Shown here one piece after another: positions 56,700 to 64,000 of a stretch of DNA of 64,000 bases (positions within the stretch are counted from its first letter, which is position 1; each line of letters starts with the position of its first letter). Both the position numbers and the translations under genes were made by a program. Under the pieces are notes generated by a model. That model saw only the letters and a list, made by a program, of their open reading frames with translations. It was not told where the DNA came from and did no database searches. Source of the stretch: Isurus oxyrinchus (Eukaryota); contig JANJGN010000026.1 of NCBI GenBank assembly GCA_026770705.1, positions 27,280,001 to 27,344,000 on the forward strand. Direction: 5' to 3'.

Positions 56700-59600
56700 T
56701 TAAGAAAATACCTCCTGCAGTGTTGACTGATACAGGGTCTAGCTTATTATAAACTAAGATGGGGCTAGTGCAGTGACTACTCATACAGGTCTAGATTGAT
56801 ATAAACTGATGCAGGGTGTAGTGCAGTGATTACTGATATAGGGTCTAGATTGATACAAACAGGGAGGGCATAGTGCAGTGCTCATTGATAGAGGACCGAG
56901 ATGAATAAAAACTAGGACAAGTGATGGGGTAGTGATTACTGATCATTTAAGCTGAGACAGCGTCCATTGCAGTGATAACTGTTACAGGGTCTATATCAAT
57001 ATGAACTGAGATAGGGTCTAGTGTAGTGATTGCTGATACAAGGCCTGGATTAAGATAAACTGAAACAAGGCCTAGTACAGTGATTACTGATAAAGGGTCC
57101 AGATCAATATAAACTGAGATAGTGTCTAATGCAGTGATTACTGATACAGGGTCTAGATTGACATGAACTGAGGCATGCTGATACAGCATCTGGGCCAATT
57201 TAACCTGAGGCAAGGTCTAGTGCAGTGTTTACTGATACATGGTTTGCATTAATGTAAACTGACACAGAGTCTTGTGCAGTGATTAATGATACAGGGCCTA
57301 TGTCAATATAAACTGAGATAGAGTCTAATGCACTGATCACTGTCACAAGGTCAAAATTAATATGAGTGAGACAGAGTCTGGTGCAGTGATTACTGATACA
57401 GGATCTAGATTAATATAAACTGATTGAGAGCCAAGTACAGTAATTAATAATATAGGGTCTAGATTGATATAAACTGAGACAGAGCATTTAGCAGTGATTA
57501 CTGATACATGACCTGGATTAATATAAACTGAGAAAGGATCTAGTGCAGTTATTACTGATACATGACCTGGATTAATATAAACTGAAAGAGAATCTAGTGC
57601 AGTGATTACTGATACAGGGCTTTAATAATATAAACCGAGGCATTCTCTCATGCTGTCCTTCCTGGAACTGGGTCTGGACTAATAAAAACCGAGATGGGGT
57701 CCAGTGCAATGATTACTGGTAAAGGGTCTAGATTAATATGAACTGAGACAGGGCCAACTGCGGTGATTACTGATACATTGTTTAGATTAATATAAACTGA
57801 TTCAGTGCCTCATGCAGTGATTTCTGATACAGGCTCGAGATTAAAATGAAGTGAGAAGGGCTCTACTGCAGCAATTACTGCTACAAGGTCTAGGTTAATA
57901 AAAACTGAGGCAGGACCAAGTGCAGTGATTAATGATACAGGTCTAAATTAACATAAACTGATACAGGGCCGAAGGCAAATACTGGTGATACAGGGTCTAG
58001 AATTGATAAAAATTGAGACTGGGTCTAGTGCAGTGATTACTGTTACAGGCTCTAGATTAATATAAACTGATACAGGGTCTAGTGCAGTGATTACTCATAC
58101 AGGATCTAGATCAATGTAAACCGAGTTAAGGTGTAGCGCAATGATTACTGATACAGGGGCTAGATCAATATAAACTGAGACAGGGCCAAGTACAGTGATT
58201 ACTGATAGTATCTAGGTTGATATAATCTGAGGCAGTCCATTGTGCAGTAATTACTGATACAGGATCTATAGCAATATAAACTGAGTTAGGCTCTAGTGCA
58301 GTGATTACTGATACAGGGCCTTGATAAATATAAAATGATAGAGGGTCTACTGCACTGATTACTGATACAGGGTTTAAGTTGATGTAAACTGAGGCAGACC
58401 ATCGTGCAGTTATTATGATACAGGGCCCAGATAAATATAAAATAGGACGGGGGTAATGCAGTGATGACTATCTTAACATAAACTGAGACAGGGTCTACTG
58501 CAGTGATTATTGATATGGGTCTAGATTAATTTAAACTGAGACAGAGCATAGTGCAGTGATTACTGTTACATGTTCTTGATCAATATAAACTGAGACAGGG
58601 TCCATTGCAGTGATTATTGAAACCTGGTGTAGATGAATACAAAATTAAATAGAGTCTATTGCAGTGGTTAGTGATAAAGGGTCTAGATCCATTTACACTG
58701 AGACAGGGTCTAGTGCACTGATTACTGAAACAGGGTCAAAATTAACATAAGTGATATAGGGTCTAGTATGGTGACTTCTGATACAGGATCTAAATTAACA
58801 TAAACTGAGGCAGGTTCTAGTGCAGTAATTAGTGATACAGGGACTATCTTAAGATAAACTGAGAGACTCTAGTGCAAAGATAACAGATACAGGGTCTGGA
58901 TCAACATTAACCGAGACAGGGTCTAGTGCACTGATTACTGATACAGGATCTAGATTGATAAAAACTGCGGCAGGGCCTAGTGCAATGATTACTGATACAG
59001 GATCTAGATCAATGCAATCTGATACAGTCTATAGCAATGATTACTGAATCAGGGTCTAGGTTGATATAAATGGAGGCAGGGCCTAGTGCCGTGATTACTG
59101 ATACCGGATCTAGACCAATATAAACTGAGACAGGCTCGAGTGAAGAGATAACTGATACAGGGCCTAGATCAATATTAACCGAGATAGGGTCTCATGCACT
59201 GATTACTCATGCAGGGTCTAGGTTAATATGAGCTGAGACAGGGCATTGTGCAGTGATTATTGATACAGGGACTGTATAAATATAAACTAGGAGAAGGCTA
59301 GTGCAATGATTACTGAAACAGGACCTTGATTAATCTAAACTGAGACAAGGCCTAATGCAGTGATTACTAGTAAAGGTTCTCGATTAATATAAACTGAAAG
59401 AATGTCTAGTGCAGTGATTACTGATACAGATTTTGGACTAACATAAACCGAGACAGGGTCTAGTGCAATGATTACTGATACAGGCTCTAGATTAATATAA
59501 ACTGAGGCAGGGCCTAATGCAGTGATAACTGATACAAGATCTAGGTTGATATATGCTGTTACAGGGTATACTGCAGTGATTACTGATACAGGGGCTAGCT

Positions 59601-62600
59601 CAATATAAACTGAGATAGTGTCTTGTGCAATGATTACTTTTACAGGGCCCAGATAAATATAAGCTAGGACAGGGATTAGTACAGTGATCATTGATACAGG
59701 CTTTAGATCAATATAAACTGAGATAGGGCCTAGAGCAATGATTATTATACAAGGCCTTCATTAATATAAAATGAAAGAGGGTCTTCTGCAGTGATTACTG
59801 ATACAGAGAATAGGTTGAAATAAACTGAGGCAGGCAATAGTGCAGTGGTTACTGATTCAGGGTCCAGATAAATATACACTAGGACACGGGCTAGCATGGT
59901 AATTACTGATGGAGGCTCTAGATCAACATAAACTGAGACAATATCCATTGCAGTGATTATTGATACTGAGTCTAGATCAATGAAAGCTGATACAGTGTCT
60001 ATTGCAGTGACTACTGATACAGGTTCTAGATTAATATAATCTGAGACAAGTCCTAGTGCCATATTTAGTGATACAGGATCTAGACTAATATAAACTGAGA
60101 CAGGCTCGAGTGAAGAGATAACTGATATAGGGCCTAGATCAATATTAACTGAGACAGGGCCTACTGCACTGATTACTGATATAGGGTCGAGATTAACATA
60201 AACTGAGAGAGGGCCTGGTGCAGTGATTACTGTTAAAGGCTCTAGATTAATAGAAACTGAGACAGGCTCTATTTCAGTGATTACTGATACACGGCCTGGA
60301 TCAATATAAACTGAGGCCATGTCCAGTGCAGTTATTACTGATACAGGGTCTAGATCAATATAAACTGAGACAATGTCCAGTGAAATGGTTCCTGATACAG
60401 GGTGTAGGTGATAAAAACTGAGGCAGGGCATAGTGAAATGATTACTAATACAGGGTCTAGATTAATATTGCCTAGACAGGATCTAGAACAGTGATAACTG
60501 ATACAGGATCTCAATTAATATAAACTGATACAGGGCCAAACGCAGCGATTAACAATACAGCGTCTTGATTGATATAAACTGAGGCAGGGCATGGTGCAGT
60601 GATTACTGATACAGGGCCTAGACTAATATAAACTAAGACAGGGCCAAGTGCAGTGATCACTGATACAGGGTCTTGACTGATACAAACTGAGACAGGGCCT
60701 AGTGCAGTGATTACCAATACAAGGTCTAGGTTAATATGAACTAAGAACTGAGACAGAGTATATTGCAGAGATTACTGATGAATGGTGTGTACTACTGTAA
60801 ACTGAGTCTGGGTCTAGTGCAGAGAAATATGATGTAGGGCTGATGTCATCATTAACTGAGACAGAGTCCACTGCAGTGGTTACTGGTACTGGGCCTTGAT
60901 TAATAAAAACTGAGACATTGTCCAGTGCAGTGATTAGTGACTTAGGATCTAGATTAATATAAACTGAGTCAGGGCCTAGTGCAGTGATTACTGATATGGG
61001 GTCTAGATTGATATAAACTGCAGCAGGGCATTGTGCAGTGATTCCTGATACAGGGCCTGGATTAATATAAACTGAGACAGGGTCTAGTGTAGTGATGACT
61101 CATACAGGATCTAGATTGATATAAACTGAGGCAGTGCATAATGCAGTGATTACTGATACAGGCTCTAGGTTAAGATAAGCTGAGACAGGGCCGAGTGCAG
61201 TGATTACTAATACAGGGTCTTCCTTAATGTAAACTGAGACAGTCTCTACTGCAGTGATTACTGATACAGAGTCTAGATTGATATAAACTGTGACAAGGTC
61301 TAGTATAGTGATTACTGATACAGGGCCAAGGTAAATATAAACTGAGACAGGATCTCGTGAGTTATTACTGACAAAGGGACTATATTAATTTTTAATAAGA
61401 AAGGGTCTAGTGCACTGATTACTGATACAGCATCTAGATTTTTATAAGCTGAGACAGGATCCAGTGCAGTGATTACTGACATAGGGTTTAGATTGATATA
61501 AACTGAGGCAGTGCATAGTGCAGTGATTACTGAAACAAGGTCTAGATTAATAGAAACTGAGAAAGGGCCAAGTGCAGTGAATAGTGATACAGACTCGAGG
61601 TTTCGATAAACAGAGACAGGACCTAGGGCAGTGATTACTGATACAGGGCCTTCACTAATATAAACTGAGACAGGTTCTATTTCAGAGATAACTGATACAG
61701 TATCTAGATCAATATTAACCGAGACAGGGTCTAGTGCAGTGATTACTGATATAGGTCTCCATTAATATAAACTGAAACAGGGCCTAGAGCAGTGATTACT
61801 TATACAGGGTCTTGATTAATATAAAACGAAAGAGGTTGTCCTGCAGTGATTAATGATACAGGGTCAAGGTTGAAATAAACTGAGGCAGGCCAACGTGCAG
61901 TGGTTACCGATGCAGGGCCCAGATAAATATACACTAGGACATGGGCTAGTGCAGTGATTACTGACACAGGATCTCGATCAATATAAACTGAGACAGTGTC
62001 CATTGCAGTGATTATTGATACAGGGTCTAGAGCAATGTAAGCTGATACACTGTCTTTTGTAGTGATTACTGGCACATAGCCTAGATTAATGGAAACTGAG
62101 ACCGATTCCAGTGCTGTATTTAGTGATACAGGATTTAGACTAATATAAACTGAGACAGGCTCGAGTGTAGAGATAACTAATACAGGGCCTAGATAAATAT
62201 TAAATGAGATAGGGACTAGAGCAGTGATTACTAATGCAAGGTCTAGATTGATAAATACTGAGGTAGAGCATAGTGCAGTGATTACTGATACACCATCTAG
62301 ATTAATAGAAGCTGAAAGAGGACCAAGTGCAGTGATTAATAATACAGGTTCTCGAGATATTAACAAGGTCTAGTGTAGTGATTACTGATACAGGCTCCAG
62401 ATTAATATATACTGAGACAGGGCCTGGTGCAGTGATTACTGATACAGCCCTGGATCAATGTAAACTGAGTTGGTGTCCATTAGCGATTACATGGTCTTGG
62501 TTGATAAAAACGGAGGCAGGGCATAGTGCAGTGATTACTGATACAGGTCTTGATTAATATTACCCAGCCAGGCTCTAGTGCAGTGATTACTGGCACGGGA

Positions 62601-63300
62601 TCTAGATTAATATAAACTGATACAGGGCCAAGTGCAGCGATTACTGATACATGGTCTGGATTAATAGAAACTGAGACAGGGTCTAGTGCAGTGATGACTG
62701 ATACAGGGCCTAAATTGATATAAACTGAGGTAGTACATCATGCAGTGATTACTGATACAGCTCTAAGTTAATATAAACTGGACAGGCTGTCATGCAGTGG
62801 TTACTGATACAGGGGCTTCATTAATATAAACAGAGACAGGCTCTACTGCAGTGATTACTGATACAGGGTCTCAATTGATATAAACTGTGATAGGGTCTAG
62901 CATAGTGATTACTGATACAAGGCCAAGATTAATATAAGCTGAGACAGGATCTCGTGAGTTATTACTGACAAAGGGACTATATTAATTTTTAATAAGAAAG
63001 GGTCGAGTGCACTGATTACTAATGCAGCATCTAGATTTTTATAAGCTGAGACAGGATCCAGTGCAATGATTACTGACATAGGGTTTAGATTGATATAACC
63101 TGAGGCAGGGCATAGTGCAGTGATTACTAATACAGGGTCTAGATTAATAGAAACTGAGGCAAGGCCAAGTGCTTTGATTACTGATATAGGCTCTAGGTTA
63201 GGATAAGTTGAGACAGGGTGTGGTGCAGTGATTACTGATGTATGATTTGGACTAGTAAAAAGTGAGACAGGGCCAAGTGCAAGAATTACTTCATCAGTGA
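56700..63300. repeat. 6.6-kb satellite, 54-bp dimer of two 27-bp monomers
   Basis: actgagacagggtctagtgcagtgatt alternates with actgatacagggtctagattaatataa. The 18-aa DPVSVITALDPVSVYINL ORFs are a by-product. Confidence 0.95.
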
Positions 63301-64000
63301 CACCCATGTCCCAAGAATGAATTAAAGTGCTTCAAAATACTACAGATTCTGGAAATCTAAAGCAAAACAAAAAAAAACACTCAGCAGGTCAGTGGGCATC
63401 AGTTCAGACAGAAACAGATCAAATTTTCAGGTCGATGGCAGGTGCAAAATCTCCCTTGGTACCATTCTTGAGAGCAGGACTGTTCGCCCCACTAACATAG
63501 ACCAATATACATTCTTCAACTAAAATCACATGTTATCCTGTCATTTTTCACAGCTCTATTCGTTGGAGCTTGCTGTGCACAAATCACCGGATGCTTATCC
63601 AACATTACAGCAGTGTCTAAACTTCAACAAAACTACATCAACGAGTGTTAAGGGTTTTAGGACGTCCTTGGGGTCGTGAGAATCATTCTGTAAATGCAAA
63701 TTATTTCTAAATGTTAACACTTTAAAATGCTAGTTGCTATATGTTGAAAACTCAGAATAATATGATTGTCGGTCACTCTGGTTGCCGTTTTAATTTGTCC
63801 AGTTTAAATGGGTTAAATCTTCATTCAAATTGACATTCAGTGGAATCCCAGCCTGTTCAAAGATTGTGATAGTAGAACTTTTGGAATTAAATTCTTAATT
63901 TAAATGCTTTTATTTATTTGAAATAAATAACATGTGCTCTTATGGATGTTGAAGAAGTTTCCATTCATTTTGTACCAATTATCAATATTCTTAAAATAAA

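Noticed and set aside
56700-63300. Satellite or minisatellites as a CRISPR array or cryptic RSS array
   Set aside because: No unique spacers, and the DNA is vertebrate. The CAGTG/CAC motifs are not followed by nonamers at 12 or 23 spacing.
56947-63307. Long hydrophobic minus-strand ORFs with 18-aa repeats (up to 228 aa)
   Set aside because: They are translations of the 54-bp satellite (a multiple of 3), broken by frequent indels; no gene structure.

Overview
This is eukaryotic DNA, almost certainly from a cartilaginous fish (shark-like). The assignment rests on an NAR-TCR cassette, HE1-like SINEs with HER1-like LINE ends, CR1 and Penelope-like elements, and a GPR139-like GPCR. The window is part of a T-cell receptor alpha/delta V-gene array. 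The first ~38 kb hold about a dozen leader+V-exon+23-RSS segments in both orientations. Two look intact: 3138-3691 and 11594-12665. The rest are pseudogenes or relics. At 29906-32107 (minus strand) lies an NAR-TCR-type double-rearranging cassette: an IgNAR-like V with a 22-RSS, a single D with 12/12 RSSs, an IgNAR-like J with a 23-RSS, and a leaderless supporting V-delta with a 23-RSS. This copy is pseudogenised. The most unusual candidates are three. (i) An intact V whose family lacks both Cys23 and Trp41 yet carries extra cysteines. (ii) Very decayed relics resembling germline-joined VJ-C1 receptor genes, at about 1-744 and as a tail-to-tail pair at about 32965-35650; these are low confidence. 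(iii) CTCF-like motifs co-oriented with, and just downstream of, V RSSs. A two-exon GPR139-like GPCR, probably inactivated at its start codon, interrupts the array. The distal 25 kb is mostly repeats: a full-length CR1, CR1 and Penelope fragments, an N gap, and a 6.6-kb satellite built from a 27-bp monomer in a 54-bp dimer. All calls come from manual reading; no database searches were run.
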